Source of the DNA: an uncultured delta proteobacterium
GTDB lineage: Bacteria; Desulfobacterota; Binatia; UBA9968
Length of the DNA: 64,000 nucleotides
Direction: 5' to 3'
Assembly: GCA_963745835.1 (NCBI GenBank)
Contig: CAVUZH010000003.1
Span: forward strand, 192,001 to 256,000
Under the pieces are notes generated by a model. It was not told the origin of the DNA. It made no database searches and saw only the letters and a list, made by a program, of their open reading frames with translations. Positions 29,168 to 40,613 of the stretch are shown piece after piece. Position 1 is the stretch's first letter; each line of letters opens with the position of its first letter. A program made the position numbers and the translations under genes.

Positions 29168-29802
29168 ATGAGTTTTTGGTTGAACACTTTCATTCCGCGG
29201 GACATTTTTGGCGCGTACAACTATGTTGCGTGAAGGCGAGTACAGGGGGTTAACGGTTTTGAGTGCAGCACCTTGCTATCTGACCGACCAACGTAATTTC
29301 AGTAATGATCTACGCGCCTCGTCGCGCATGCACTCCTTGGTCAAAGTTGATCTCACAGCTTCGGAGCCCGTTTTAACCCAGCACCACAGATGCGACGATC
29401 TCATTGAATGCGATCCGGTCAGCGGAGAAGTGCTACAACAAGCGGCGCGGTAGCACGTCAAAGATGAACATTCTCTTTGCTGGCGACTACGCCGACTATC
29501 CTGATCCAGATGGACTGTAGATATGGCGATTCGATACTCCCGCGCCGGTCATGGAATCGGCGAGATTGAGTATAAAGGAACAATCGAAATCGATCCCACG
29601 GCGCGCAGCATCGACATCGATCTAATGATTTGTTTGTTCCCCGCCTTTGAAGGATATGCGGCGATCGACGACGGAACCGGGACCGTTCTGTTCCGGCACG
29701 CACCTCCCGCTGGAATACTGAGCTCTTGGACCGCCGCGAGGGGCGAACCGCCGCATCCGGTCACGATTGGACGATGAATCTTTCAGCCAGATCAAACGAT
29801 GA
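29168..29802 (+). CDS. Hypothetical protein, DUF3238-like (multiple indels)
   Basis: Reconstructed across frames: MSFWLNTFIPRDI...CYLTDQRNFSNDLRASSRMHS...EIEYKGTIEID...FPAFEGYA...GANRRIR. The TGA at 29800-29802 overlaps the next ATG. Confidence 0.5.
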
Positions 29803-31381
29803 GCAGTCAACTAACAGCGTATGACAGCGTGCCGTATTCAGGGCATGCGCTGGCGCAAGCCCATCCTGACCGGCTGGCGACGATCGCGACGCTCTTCGGA
29901 ATGAAACCTGCGCCGATTACTCGCGCTCGCGTGCTCGAGCTCGGCTGCGGTGACGGACTCAATCTGACTTCGGTCGCGTTGAGCTTGCCGGAAGCGGAAT
30001 GTGTCGGCATCGATCTGGCCGCGGCAGGAATCCTGCAAGGGGCAGGAGCGCGCGCGGGCGCTTGGTCTTAAAAATCTGGAGCTTCGGCAACTCGACATCA
30101 TGGACGTCGGTGAGAGTCTGGGCCGCTTCGATTTCATCATTGCCCATGGAATCTATTCATGGGTTCCGGAGAAGGTGCGCGATAAGCTCCTGGCGATTTG
30201 CAAGCAGAACCTGGCGGAGAATGGCGTGGCTTACGTGAGCTACAACACCTATCCGGGCGGCCACATGAGGGATATGGCCCGCGAGATGATGCGCTTTCAC
30301 GTAAGCGAGTTTAACGATCCCCAGCAGCGCGTCACTCAGGCTCGCTCTCTGATCAAATTCATCATAGATGCTGGCAGCGAGCCCGATCTCTATCGCATGG
30401 TTCTGCAAAAAGAGCTGGATCGCATCACAGCATTTGCCGATAGCTCGCTCTTCCATGACGACTTATCCGAGTACAACGCGCCAGTTTATTTTTATCAGTT
30501 CGTTGAACACGCTGGGCGTCATGGCTTGAAGTATCTGTCTGAGGCGCACTTTTTTGAGATTCAGACAGGTATTTTCCCCGCCAGAGTAGTGGAAGTGCTA
30601 AACCGCATCTCGGACAGCGCTATCGCCAAAGAGCAATACTTGGATTTCCTGAAGTGCCGCCGCTTCCGGCAGACGTTGCTATGCCATGATGACCAGCCGT
30701 TAGACGATGACCCACGGCCGGAGAAGGTGAATTCATTTTACATCGCCTCGCCTACTCGGCCCGCTGATGCGAACGCTCGACTCGACTCTCGCGAGCAGTT
30801 AACGTTTGCCGGGCCCAAGAACTCATCGCTCCAAACCGATAATCCATTGATCAAAGTAGCAATTTCGGCATTGGGCAAAGCCTGGCCGAAAGCGATCCAT
30901 TTTCAGGAGCTGCTCGCTCAAGCACGAGGATCATGCGAGAGAGGATCTTCATGCGCGACTGCCAACGCTGACGACGATGCACGAACGCTCGGCGAGTTAC
31001 TGTTGAGAGCGTACGCCGGCGGCATTGTCGAATTCAGTCTTGTTCCGCCTCAACTCGTGACAAGTGCAAGTGAAAAACCGAAGGTAAGCGCACTGGCGCG
31101 TCTGCAGAGCCTAGAGGGCACCGAGGTTGTAAACCAGCGTCACTTCAATCTCCGAGTAGAAGATTCGTTAACGCGGCTGCTGCTGCAGTTGTTGGACGGC
31201 AGTCGCGACCGCGATGCATTGCTCGATGATTTAGTGACGCTGGTAAGATCCGGACGCCGCAGCCGTTGAAACAGAGAACGGCGCGATCACCAAGAGTGCC
31301 GAAGAAGTCCGGGGCTTCCTTGCCGCCGAATTGGAAAGAAAACTTGCTGAGCTGGCCGAAATGGGTCTGCTTGTTGCCTAA
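29799..31381 (+). CDS. Class I SAM methyltransferase with MethyTransf_Reg domain, Rickettsia PKMT-like protein-lysine methyltransferase (indels near 30037 and 31255-31295)
   Basis: YDSVPY..HPDRLATIATLFG, VLELGCGDG, FDFIIAHGIYSWVP, GVAYVSYNTYPG, EQYLDFLKCRRFRQTLLC, LLQLLDGSRD; reconstructed end LAELAEMGLLVA*. Confidence 0.8.
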
Positions 31382-31405
31382 TTTATCGGATAAAAGCTGA
31401 ACCGA

Positions 31406-32219
31406 ATGATGCCATCCGACGAAGACACTTCCGCAAAAACAATAAACGTCAAGGTCGAGCTTGCGGGACCCGATTGGCAGCTACAGACAACCATGTCTGT
31501 TCCGACGGAGCCTATTGGCTGAAAGAAATGCTGCCGCTGTTTTTTTCGTTTGCCGATGCCGTGATGAGCACAGCGGCCAACGGCGTAGAACAAACTGGAG
31601 AAAAAATTTCTTGCAAGAAAGGATGCGGCGCCTGTTGCCGGCAACTGGTGCCGATCTCCGAGACCGAGGCGCACTGGATTGGGGAGCTGGTAGATCGTTT
31701 ACCTATTCAAAAGCAAAATGAAATTCGGGACCGCTTCGCCGAGGCCCGGCGCCGGCTCGCCGAAACCGGTTTACTGGAAAAGCTGCTCCATCGCGAAAGT
31801 TGGGCCGAAGGCGAGGGATGGTCCATTGCGATGTCCTATTTTCGTTTGGGGATTGCCTGCCCATTTCTCGAAAACGAAGCCTGCTCTATTCATCCAGACC
31901 GTCCTATCAAATGCCGGGAGTATTTGGTGACCTCGCCGGCCGAGCACTGCCGCGCAGCCCACCGCGGAGAAGATAAGGCCTGGTCGAATTGCCGTTTCAG
32001 ATGTGGACGGCGCTGGCTCGCCTAGAGAATGCTTCACCGAGTAAAGAAAAAATTCGCTGGGTGCCTCTGATACTTGCGTTGGAATGGGCCGACGCTCATG
32101 CGCAAGAGCCGAAGCCGCGTCCCGGACATGAGGTCTTGCGCGAGTTTTTTGATTGCCTTACGGGGAAAGGCGTTTCTCAGGAAAAGATCGACTCAGCAGG
32201 TGAGACTAACTCTGCTTGA
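31406..32219 (+). CDS. YkgJ/CxxCxxCC (FliB-related) cysteine-cluster protein (indels near 31518 and 31955-31985)
   Basis: SCKKGCGACC and CPFLENEACSIHPDRPIKCREY; N-terminus MMPSDEDTSAKTINVKVEL and C-terminus IRWVPLILALEWA lie in adjacent frames. Confidence 0.8.
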
Positions 32220-32331
32220 ATGAAACAAGAACTTGGCAGCCTTGATCGTTTTGAAAGAAAGCATCCTTCACCTTCATTGACAACTTTTTAAGTTTTGCGG
32301 TAGAGCTAGACTCCCCAGATGATTATGACTT

Positions 32332-32824
32332 ATGGCTAGAATTGATAGCGACGTGAACATCGTTCCGTCGATCCTCGACCGGCTGCTCGACGATGAACCG
32401 GAAATCTCCACTGAGCCGGCTACGAGCCGAGTCAAGGGTTTTCGCTCCTTAGAACGATCCGTGGCTCGTGACCTCGAAGCGCTTCTCAACTCACGGCAGG
32501 AAACCTTAAAGGAATTGCCCAGCGAGTTCAAAGAAGTAAACCGCTCGTTGCTGACGTACGGGCTGCCTGATTTCACCTCGTTCAGCTTACTAACCCAAGA
32601 CGATCGGCTTCGGATCAGGCGATCAGTCGAAGACGCAATCAACACGTTTGAGCCGCGGCTGTTGCGGGTGCGCGTAGCGTCTGGAAGCGCCGCGGGAGCA
32701 CGATCGCGGCCTGCGTTTTCGCATCGATGCCTTTTTGCGGGTAGATCCGTCGCCGGAACCTGTGACCTTCGATGCGGTGTTGCAGATGAACACTCAACAG
32801 TACGTGATTCAGCGGGAGCAGTAA
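32332..32824 (+). CDS. tssE: Baseplate subunit TssE (1-nt insertion near 32680)
   Basis: PSILDRLLDD, VARDLEALLNSR, YGLPD, FEPRL; the shifted frame continues LEAPREHDRGLRFRIDAFLRVDPSPEPVTFDAVL to TAA 32822-32824. Confidence 0.9.
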
Positions 32825-34644
32825 TGGCTGACGATCTTATTACCTACTATGAGAGAGAGCTCAGCTTTCTTCGGCAAATGGGAGCCGAGTTCGCTGCCAA
32901 ATACCCTAAGATCGCTGCCCGCTTACTCCTTGAAGCGGACGCGTCGGAAGATCCTCATGTTGAGCGCCTGATTCAGGCGTTTGCCTTTCTTGCCGCGCGC
33001 GTCCATCACAAGATCGACGATGACTTCCCAGAGGTGACTGAAGCTCTACTGAACGTGCTTTACCCTCATTATCTGGCGCCGATTCCCTCGATGTCGGTGG
33101 TCCAGTTTGTTCTTGATCCGGAGCAAGGAAAGCTTACGAGCGGATACGCGGTTGCGAAAGGCTCTACTCTTTACTCACATCCTGTCGATGGTGCGCCATG
33201 CAGGTTCCGCACCTGTTATCCCGTTACGTTGTGGCCGGTTCAGATCGAGACAGCGAGTCTCGAACCGGTAGACTCACGCTTGGGTGTTTTTCCGAGAGCG
33301 GCACTCGGATTAATACGGCTCGAGATCCGCTGCTTGAGCGGCATCAAGTTTGCCCAGCTAGAGCTTGACCGGCTTCGTTTTTTTCTGCACGGGGAAGGCG
33401 CGCTGACTTATGCGTTGTACGAACTGCTCTTTAACAACGTGATAGAAGTGCGCATCCCGTCCAGCAAACCCAACGAAAGCTCCAAGGATATTTCGCTGCC
33501 GGCCAGCAGCGTAGGTCCGGTCGGATTTGGCGCCGATGAAGGAATCCTGCCTTACGGTGCGCGATCGTTCCTGGGATACCGGCTGCTGCAAGAGTATTTC
33601 AGTTTCCCGGAAAAATTTTTATTTTTCGAGCTCACCGGACTCAATCGTGCGGCGCAGAGTCGACTTGACGATCGGATGGAAATTCGGATCTTGCTCAATC
33701 GAATGCCGCGCTTGGAGCAACCGGTTACACGAGATACATTTCGCTTGGGTTGCACGCCGATTGTGAACTTGTTTTCCCAAACCGCCGAGCCTATCCGCCT
33801 GAGCCACACAGGCACCGAGTACCAGGTGTTTCCCGATATTCGAAGACAAAATGCCACCGAGGTCTATTCCATTGACTCGGTGACCAGCGTTTCTCCCGGT
33901 TCCGATGAGGTGGTCGAATTCGAGCCCTTCTACTCCTTCAAGCATGGAGTTGAACGGGAGCACCAGCAGGCCTTCTGGTATGCCGCGCGCAAGCCGTCTC
34001 CGAAAAAAGGGGATAACGGCACCGACGTGCATCTGGCGTTCGTCAATCTTGATTTCCGGCCCACCCTTCCGGCCGTGGACACGTTGATCATTCACACCAC
34101 ATGCAGCAATCGGGATCTTCCGGGGAAGCTGCCGTTCGGGGGCGACCGCGGTGAGTTCGAGCTCGAGGGAGCGGCGCCGCTATCGCGCATTCGTTGTCTG
34201 CGCAAGCCGACCGAGACTCTGCGCGCGCCGTTACGCCGGGGGACCCAGTGGCGGATCATCTCGCATCTCGGCCTCAATTATCTTTCGCTCTGCGACGGAA
34301 GTCTCGAAGCGTTGAAAGAAATCCTAAAGATCTATGATTTCGCCGATTCATCGTCTGTACGACAGCAAATCAACGGCATTATGCTCTTGACCAGCAAACA
34401 AGTCGTCGGCCGACCGCGCTCGATGCCGTGGAATGGTTTCTGTCGCGGGCTGGAAGTAACGGTCGAGTTCGATGAAGAAAAATTTGTCGGCGGTGGAGTC
34501 TTTTTGTTTGCAGCCGTGTTGGAAAATTTTTTTGGCTTATACACTTCGCTAAATTCATTTACTCAGCTCGTTGCCAAATCTCGACAACGCGAGGAGCCCC
34601 TTAAGCGATGGCCACCGAGAGCCGGAGAGCAGATCCTTCTTTAG
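32824..34644 (+). CDS. tssF: Baseplate subunit TssF
   Basis: MADDLITYYERELSFLR, DPHVERLIQAFAFL, YRLLQEYFSFPEKF, LGCTPIVNLF, WRIISHLGLNYLSL. Confidence 0.96.
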   Translation: MADDLITYYERELSFLRQMGAEFAAKYPKIAARLLLEADASEDPHVERLIQAFAFLAARVHHKIDDDFPEVTEALLNVLYPHYLAPIPSMSVVQFVLDPEQGKLTSGYAVAKGSTLYSHPVDGAPCRFRTCYPVTLWPVQIETASLEPVDSRLGVFPRAALGLIRLEIRCLSGIKFAQLELDRLRFFLHGEGALTYALYELLFNNVIEVRIPSSKPNESSKDISLPASSVGPVGFGADEGILPYGARSFLGYRLLQEYFSFPEKFLFFELTGLNRAAQSRLDDRMEIRILLNRMPRLEQPVTRDTFRLGCTPIVNLFSQTAEPIRLSHTGTEYQVFPDIRRQNATEVYSIDSVTSVSPGSDEVVEFEPFYSFKHGVEREHQQAFWYAARKPSPKKGDNGTDVHLAFVNLDFRPTLPAVDTLIIHTTCSNRDLPGKLPFGGDRGEFELEGAAPLSRIRCLRKPTETLRAPLRRGTQWRIISHLGLNYLSLCDGSLEALKEILKIYDFADSSSVRQQINGIMLLTSKQVVGRPRSMPWNGFCRGLEVTVEFDEEKFVGGGVFLFAAVLENFFGLYTSLNSFTQLVAKSRQREEPLKRWPPRAGEQILL

Positions 34645-35699
34645 AGCACGTACTGTTCGAAGAGGGATATCGGTTCGATTTTTTTCAGGCGGTGCGCGTC
34701 CTGGAGCGCCTCTATTCCGCGCGACTGCCTGTCGGACGCAGTTCCATACCTGCCAAGGAGGCGGTGCGCTTCCGGTCGCTTCTTTCTCTCAGCTTTCCCC
34801 CCAGCTCGATTTACGATGTTGCTTATCCCGACAACGGCGATAGTCCACCCGAGATGGTCGTGGCGTTTATGGGCTTGTTCGGTTTAGCGGGAGTGCTGCC
34901 GCGCCATTACACCGAGCTTCTGCTCGAGCGGGTGCGCCAGAAAGATTTCGCCCTGCGCGATTTTCTCGATCTCTTCAACCACCGGATGATCTCACTCTTT
35001 TATCGCGCCTGGGAGAAATATCGTTTTCCGGTGGCATACGAGCGTTCCCGTTTGTCCTCGGACGCTCATTATGATCCGTTCTCGTTTTCGCTATTCAATC
35101 TGATTGGAATGGGAACGGACGGGCTTCGAGGCAAGCTCAAATCCGGCGATGAACCTCTGCTGTATTACAGTGGCTTGATAGCCCAACAGCCGCGTTCGGC
35201 CTGCGCGCTCCAAGCTATGCTGGGTGACTATTTCAACGTGCCGCTGATCATCAAGCAATTTATCGGCGCTTGGCTCCGTGTTGATGATGAGAATCGCACC
35301 AGGCTTGGCCGTGGTGACTCCAATAACGAGCTTGGCACCACGACGATGCTCGGCTCTAAGTGCTGGGACCAACAAGCGGGCTTCACTTTAGCCGTCGGCC
35401 CGCTCAAGTTTCAGCAGTTTCGCGAATTTCTTCCTTGCGAGACTGGATTTAATTCATTGGTCGAACTGACTCGTTTTTTTGTCGGTTTAACGCTTGATTT
35501 TGATGTCCAATTGGTTTTACAAGCAGCTGAAGTACCGGGCTGTCGTTTGACCAGGCCAGGGCCGGAAGCGCTCCGACTCGGCTGGTCGAGCTGGCTAAAG
35601 ACAAAAGAGTTTTCTTGCGATGCCGCAGAGGCGGTTCTAGGACGCCATTTAACGCGCATGCAAAAATTATCTGGCCACCCTTCGCAGGCAACGCTATAG
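34608..35699 (+). CDS. tssG: Baseplate subunit TssG
   Basis: FDFFQAVRVLE, GVLPRHYTE, DFLDLFNHR, YRAWEKYR, LGWSSWL. Confidence 0.95.
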   Translation: MATESRRADPSLEHVLFEEGYRFDFFQAVRVLERLYSARLPVGRSSIPAKEAVRFRSLLSLSFPPSSIYDVAYPDNGDSPPEMVVAFMGLFGLAGVLPRHYTELLLERVRQKDFALRDFLDLFNHRMISLFYRAWEKYRFPVAYERSRLSSDAHYDPFSFSLFNLIGMGTDGLRGKLKSGDEPLLYYSGLIAQQPRSACALQAMLGDYFNVPLIIKQFIGAWLRVDDENRTRLGRGDSNNELGTTTMLGSKCWDQQAGFTLAVGPLKFQQFREFLPCETGFNSLVELTRFFVGLTLDFDVQLVLQAAEVPGCRLTRPGPEALRLGWSSWLKTKEFSCDAAEAVLGRHLTRMQKLSGHPSQATL

Positions 35700-35712
35700 G
35701 AGGCAGGCCCCC

Positions 35713-38382
35713 ATGAACGTTAATCTCAAATCTCTTATCGGTAAATTAAACAATACAGGCCGCCAGGCGCTCGAAAGCGCCGCAGGTTTGTGCGTGACTC
35801 GTACTCATTATGATATTGACATCGAGCATCTGTTGCTCAAGCTCGTCGAAGCCGAGAATACCGACATCCAGAAAATCCTTCGACACTATGAAGTCGATCA
35901 AGCTAGGCTCACGCGCGATCTAACTCGCGCGCTCGACCGGTTGAAAACCGGCAACGCGCGCACACCGGCGTTCTCGCCGAGAATTCCCCGGCTCATCACC
36001 GAAGCGTGGAATCTAGCCTCGATCGATTTCGGCGCGGCTAAGGTTCGCTCAGGCCATCTGCTCCTGGCAATGCTCAGCGAAGAAAACCTGGGCCGGCTGA
36101 CGAGGGATGCATCGCCCGAGCTGCAAAAAGTTTCGGTTGAAGAACTGCACAAGCATTTCGCCGATCTCACGGCAGGAACTGCTGAGGATGAAATCACATC
36201 TCCGACAAGCCCGGAGACCGCCGAGCCGGGTATGGGCGGTCCGACGAAGACGCCTTCGCTCGATCAGTTCACTATCGATTTGACTGACCGAGCGCGCAAG
36301 GGTCAAATCGATCCGGTGCTAGGCCGCGACTTCGAGATCCGGCAGATGGTCGATATTCTTACTCGCCGGCGACAGAACAATCCGATCCTGACGGGCGAAG
36401 CCGGTGTGGGAAAGACCGCGGTTGTCGAGGGGCTGGCGCTGCGGATTGCCGCGGGTGATGTGCCGCCGCCGCTTAAAAACGTCGCTTTGAAGTCTCTCGA
36501 TCTGACTTTGTTGCAGGCAGGGGCGGGCGTAAAAGGAGAGTTCGAAAATCGCCTCAAATCGGTTATCGAGGAAGTCAAAGCATCGGGGCAACCGATCATT
36601 CTTTTTATCGATGAAGCGCATACGATGATCGGCGCCGGCGGACAAGCGGGCCAAGGCGATGCGGCTAATATCTTGAAGCCGGCTCTGGCGAGAGGCGAAC
36701 TGCGCACCATTGCGGCGACGACTTGGTCGGAATACAAAAAATATTTCGAGAAGGACGCTGCTTTAGCAAGACGATTTCAGGTCGTGAAAGTCGATGAGCC
36801 CACCGAGGAGCAGGCAGTGGCGATGCTGCGCGGCCTGATGAGCACCCTCGAAAGTCATCACAACGTTCGGATTCTCGACGAGGCGATGGATGCAGCCGTG
36901 CGACTATCGCATCGCTACATCACCGGCAGGCAGTTGCCCGACAAGGCGGTGAGTGTGCTCGATACCAGTTCGGCGCGAGTGGCCTTGGGCCAGATGACGA
37001 CACCGCCGGCACTTGAAGACTGTCATCGCCGCATGGCCCACCTTGACACCGAGATGGGAATCCTTGAACGGGAATCTCTCACCGGCGGAAGCATGAACGA
37101 GCGCATCGACGCTCTGACCAAGGAGAAGGCTCAGATCGAAAGTCGTTTAGCTGAGCTCAACAACCGCTGGAACGAGGAAAAAAAGCGCGTCGAAGAGTTG
37201 CGCGGGCTTAGGGGAAAACTCGAGGCCCATGCGGCGGCAAGCAAACAAGCGGGCAATGGCAAAACAGACGGAAAGCTGTCTCCTGAGGAAGTTAAGCAGG
37301 CGCAGGGTGAGATCGCGCGACTCAACGATGAGTTAAGCAAGATTCAAGGCGACAGCCCCCTCATGCAGGTTTGCGTCGATGCCCAGGCCGTTGCCGAAGT
37401 AGTCTCGGGTTGGACGGGAATTCCCGTCGGCAAAGTCATGAAAGACGAGATCCAGACAGTGCTATCGCTCAAAGACCGGTTGGAGGAGCGCATAATCGGC
37501 CAGTCCCATGCGCTCGAAGCGATCGCCCAGCGCATTCGCACGGCGCGCGCGAAACTGGAAGATCCACGGCGGCCCATCGGCGTATTCATGCTCGTTGGGC
37601 CCAGCGGTGTTGGCAAGACCGAAACCGCCCTGGCGTTGGCGGACACGTTGTTTGGCGGCGAGCGCAATGTGGTTGTCATCAACATGTCTGAATACCAAGA
37701 AGGCCACACGGTCTCAGGTCTGAAGGGCTCGCCGCCGGGATACGTCGGCTACGGCGAAGGCGGAGTGCTGACGGAGGCGGTCAGGCGAAAGCCTTACTCA
37801 GTCGTGCTGCTCGATGAGATGGAGAAGGCGCACACCGATGTCATGGAGCTTTTCTATCAGGTCTTTGACAAAGGCATGTTGGAGGACGGCGAAGGCAGGG
37901 AAATCGATTTCAAGAACACCTTGATTCTCATGACCTCCAATGCCGGCACCGAGACGATCGCGAAGCTCTGTGCCGACCCGGATACCAAACCGGAACCGGA
38001 CGCGCTCGCCGACGCTCTGCGTCCTGACCTGCTCAAAGTCTTCAAGCCGGCGTTCCTGGGGCGAGCGATCATCGTTCCTTATTATCCGATTGCCGACGAC
38101 ATCATGAAGAAGATCATCGAGCTGCAGCTCGGAAGAATTCAAAAGCGGCTTTTCGAAAATCATCGGGCACAGTTTTCCTACGATCCAACTTTGGTCGACG
38201 AGGTCGCGCGCCGCTGCACCGAGGTCGAGAGCGGCGCGCGCAATGTCGATCATATTCTCACGCGCACCTTGTTGCCGGAAATATCGAAAGAGTTTCTGGC
38301 GAAGATGGCCGCTGGTGAGGGAATCAGCAGGGTACACGTATCAGTTGGCGGTCAGGGCGGTTTTCAGTACCAGATTGCATGA
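35713..38382 (+). CDS. tssH: ClpV AAA+ ATPase (TssH)
   Basis: NLKSLIGKLN, RRRQNNPILTGEAGVGKT, second Walker A GPSGVGKT, GYGEGGVLTEAVRR. Confidence 0.97.
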   Translation: MNVNLKSLIGKLNNTGRQALESAAGLCVTRTHYDIDIEHLLLKLVEAENTDIQKILRHYEVDQARLTRDLTRALDRLKTGNARTPAFSPRIPRLITEAWNLASIDFGAAKVRSGHLLLAMLSEENLGRLTRDASPELQKVSVEELHKHFADLTAGTAEDEITSPTSPETAEPGMGGPTKTPSLDQFTIDLTDRARKGQIDPVLGRDFEIRQMVDILTRRRQNNPILTGEAGVGKTAVVEGLALRIAAGDVPPPLKNVALKSLDLTLLQAGAGVKGEFENRLKSVIEEVKASGQPIILFIDEAHTMIGAGGQAGQGDAANILKPALARGELRTIAATTWSEYKKYFEKDAALARRFQVVKVDEPTEEQAVAMLRGLMSTLESHHNVRILDEAMDAAVRLSHRYITGRQLPDKAVSVLDTSSARVALGQMTTPPALEDCHRRMAHLDTEMGILERESLTGGSMNERIDALTKEKAQIESRLAELNNRWNEEKKRVEELRGLRGKLEAHAAASKQAGNGKTDGKLSPEEVKQAQGEIARLNDELSKIQGDSPLMQVCVDAQAVAEVVSGWTGIPVGKVMKDEIQTVLSLKDRLEERIIGQSHALEAIAQRIRTARAKLEDPRRPIGVFMLVGPSGVGKTETALALADTLFGGERNVVVINMSEYQEGHTVSGLKGSPPGYVGYGEGGVLTEAVRRKPYSVVLLDEMEKAHTDVMELFYQVFDKGMLEDGEGREIDFKNTLILMTSNAGTETIAKLCADPDTKPEPDALADALRPDLLKVFKPAFLGRAIIVPYYPIADDIMKKIIELQLGRIQKRLFENHRAQFSYDPTLVDEVARRCTEVESGARNVDHILTRTLLPEISKEFLAKMAAGEGISRVHVSVGGQGGFQYQIA

Positions 38383-38447
38383 AGGTCTTTCATGCGGCGC
38401 ACGATTCGCAGTTTTAGGGTCATGTCCTCGAGCTTGAGGGCGCAGTC

Positions 38448-40613
38448 ATGAATTACACTCAACAAGATCGGGCGATGGCGGTTACTACTCCGCTGGGCGC
38501 GGATAAGCTGTTGCTGCTGTCGTTCACCGGTCAAGAGGCGATCTCTCGGCTGTTCGATTTTCAACTGGATCTCACGGCCGAAAATGAGGTCGACGTCGCT
38601 TTTGACAAACTCCTAGGCCAGAAGATTACCACCAGGCTTGATTTACCGGACGGCGAGAAGCGCTACTTCAGCGGCATCTGTAATCGTGTGAGCCAGGGCG
38701 AACGAGACGAGATTTTTACTCGATATCGAATGGAAGTCGTGCCTCAGTTCTGGCTGCTGACGAAAAGGGCGCAGAGCCGGATTTTCCAGCAGATGACCGT
38801 GCCGGACATTCTCAAAAAAGTATTAACCGGGCTCGATGTGACTTATGAGATCCAGGGCAGCTTTCATCCGCGCGATTTTTGCGTCCAGTACCGCGAGACC
38901 GACTTTAACTTCGCCAGCCGGCTGATGGAAGAAGAGGGGATCTTTTATTTCTTTAAGCACAATTCGGAAGGCCACCAGCTGGTGGTGGCGAACACGCCGC
39001 AGAGCCATCCCGACTTGCCAACCCAGAGCAAGATTATTTATGAAGAGGTCCAAGACGGCAATCGGGAAGAAGACCGAATTTATGACTGGGAAAAAGTGCA
39101 GGAGTGGCGCTCGGGAAAGTATGTCTTGTGGGATCATTGCTTCGAGCTGCCGCACAAACATCTGGAAGCCGAAGCCAATATTCTCGACGCTGTTCAGGTC
39201 GGAAAGGTTAGTCACAAGTTCAAAGTCGGTGGCAACGATAAGCTCGAGATCTACGATTATCCAGGCGAGTACGCCCAGCGCTTTGACGGCATCCAACCGG
39301 GCGGCGGCGATCGCGCCGGCGATTTGCAGAAGATTTTTCAAGATAACCGGCGGACTACAGACATCCGCATACAGGAAGAAGCCCTGCCCGGATTAACCAT
39401 CCAGGGCGGCAGCAATTGCCGGCAGTTTGTCAGCGGCTACAAGTTTACCCTGCAAAGGCATTTCAACGCCGACGGCGACTACGTGATCACAAACGTGACT
39501 CATTCGGCACGCCAGGCGGGCGACTATCGGTCGAACGGCGGCGATTTTCATTACAGTAACAGTTTTAGCTGCATACCGGCGGCGTTACCGTTCCGGCCGC
39601 AGCGATTGACTCCGAAACCGGTGGTGCAGGGAACTCAAACGGCGGTCGTCGTGGGTCCGGCGGGCGAAGAGATTTTCACCGATAAATACGGCCGGGTTAA
39701 AGTTCAGTTTCACTGGGACCGTCAAGGAAAGAATGACGCGAACAGTTCCTGCTGGGTGCGCGTGGGAACGCCGTTGGCGGGAAAGCAGTGGGGCATGGTC
39801 CACATCCCGCGCATCGAGCAGGAAGTCATCGTTGACTTTCTCGAAGGCGATCCCGATCAGCCGATCATCATCGGCAGCGTTTACAATGCGAAGGAGATGC
39901 CGCCGTACGCGCTGCCCGATAACAAGACCCAGACAGGGATCAAGAGCCGCAGCAGTCTCGGCGGAACACCCGACAATTTCAACGAGATCCGTTTCGAGGA
40001 CAAAAAAGGACAAGAGCAAGTCTATATCCACGCCGAAAAGAACGAAGACATCGTCGTCGAGAATGACAAGACGGAAAACGTCGGCCACGATGAAACGATC
40101 ACGATCAGTAATGATCGCACCGAAACCGTCATGGGCCACGAAACTTTGTCCGTGGCCAAAAACAGAACCCGCACGGTGAGTCAGAACGAGATTGTGACTG
40201 TGGCGTTAACGCGCACACACACGGTCGGCATCAATGAAATGATCAATATCGGCGCGGCGCAGGAAGTGACGGTAGGCGCAATGCGCGCCTTAACGGTTGG
40301 GATCAATCAGGCGACGACTATCGGCAAGAATCTAAGCGAGAATATTGGCAGTGACCAGAGTGTTGATGTCGGCAAAAACTTGACGGAAAAAATTGGGACT
40401 AACCAGACCACATCGGTCGGCAAGAACCTGACGATAACTGCCGGCGATCAGATTGTTATCAAAACCGGCCAGTCCAGCATCACGATGAAGAAGGATGGAA
40501 CGATTACGATTGCCGGCAAGGACATTACGGTTAACGCATCCGGCAAGATTTTTGAGAAAGCAACTGGCAACATCGTCTTAAAGGGTCAAAAAATTTTGGA
40601 GAACGTAAAATGA
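38448..40613 (+). CDS. vgrG: VgrG spike protein (TssI), no toxin extension
   Basis: CVQYRETDFNFASRLMEEEGI, YDYPG, DKYGRVKVQFHWDR, IPRIEQEVIVDFLEGDPDQP, gp5-like beta-helix repeats. Confidence 0.97.
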   Translation: MNYTQQDRAMAVTTPLGADKLLLLSFTGQEAISRLFDFQLDLTAENEVDVAFDKLLGQKITTRLDLPDGEKRYFSGICNRVSQGERDEIFTRYRMEVVPQFWLLTKRAQSRIFQQMTVPDILKKVLTGLDVTYEIQGSFHPRDFCVQYRETDFNFASRLMEEEGIFYFFKHNSEGHQLVVANTPQSHPDLPTQSKIIYEEVQDGNREEDRIYDWEKVQEWRSGKYVLWDHCFELPHKHLEAEANILDAVQVGKVSHKFKVGGNDKLEIYDYPGEYAQRFDGIQPGGGDRAGDLQKIFQDNRRTTDIRIQEEALPGLTIQGGSNCRQFVSGYKFTLQRHFNADGDYVITNVTHSARQAGDYRSNGGDFHYSNSFSCIPAALPFRPQRLTPKPVVQGTQTAVVVGPAGEEIFTDKYGRVKVQFHWDRQGKNDANSSCWVRVGTPLAGKQWGMVHIPRIEQEVIVDFLEGDPDQPIIIGSVYNAKEMPPYALPDNKTQTGIKSRSSLGGTPDNFNEIRFEDKKGQEQVYIHAEKNEDIVVENDKTENVGHDETITISNDRTETVMGHETLSVAKNRTRTVSQNEIVTVALTRTHTVGINEMINIGAAQEVTVGAMRALTVGINQATTIGKNLSENIGSDQSVDVGKNLTEKIGTNQTTSVGKNLTITAGDQIVIKTGQSSITMKKDGTITIAGKDITVNASGKIFEKATGNIVLKGQKILENVK

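Noticed and set aside
32332-34644. Apparent 770-aa TssE-TssF fusion in the ORF track
   Set aside because: One extra base near 32680; the shifted frame holds the normal TssE C-terminus ending in TAA that overlaps the TssF ATG.
40070-40440. Repetitive sequence near the vgrG 3' end
   Set aside because: Ordinary gp5-type beta-helix repeats; not CRISPR or a DGR.
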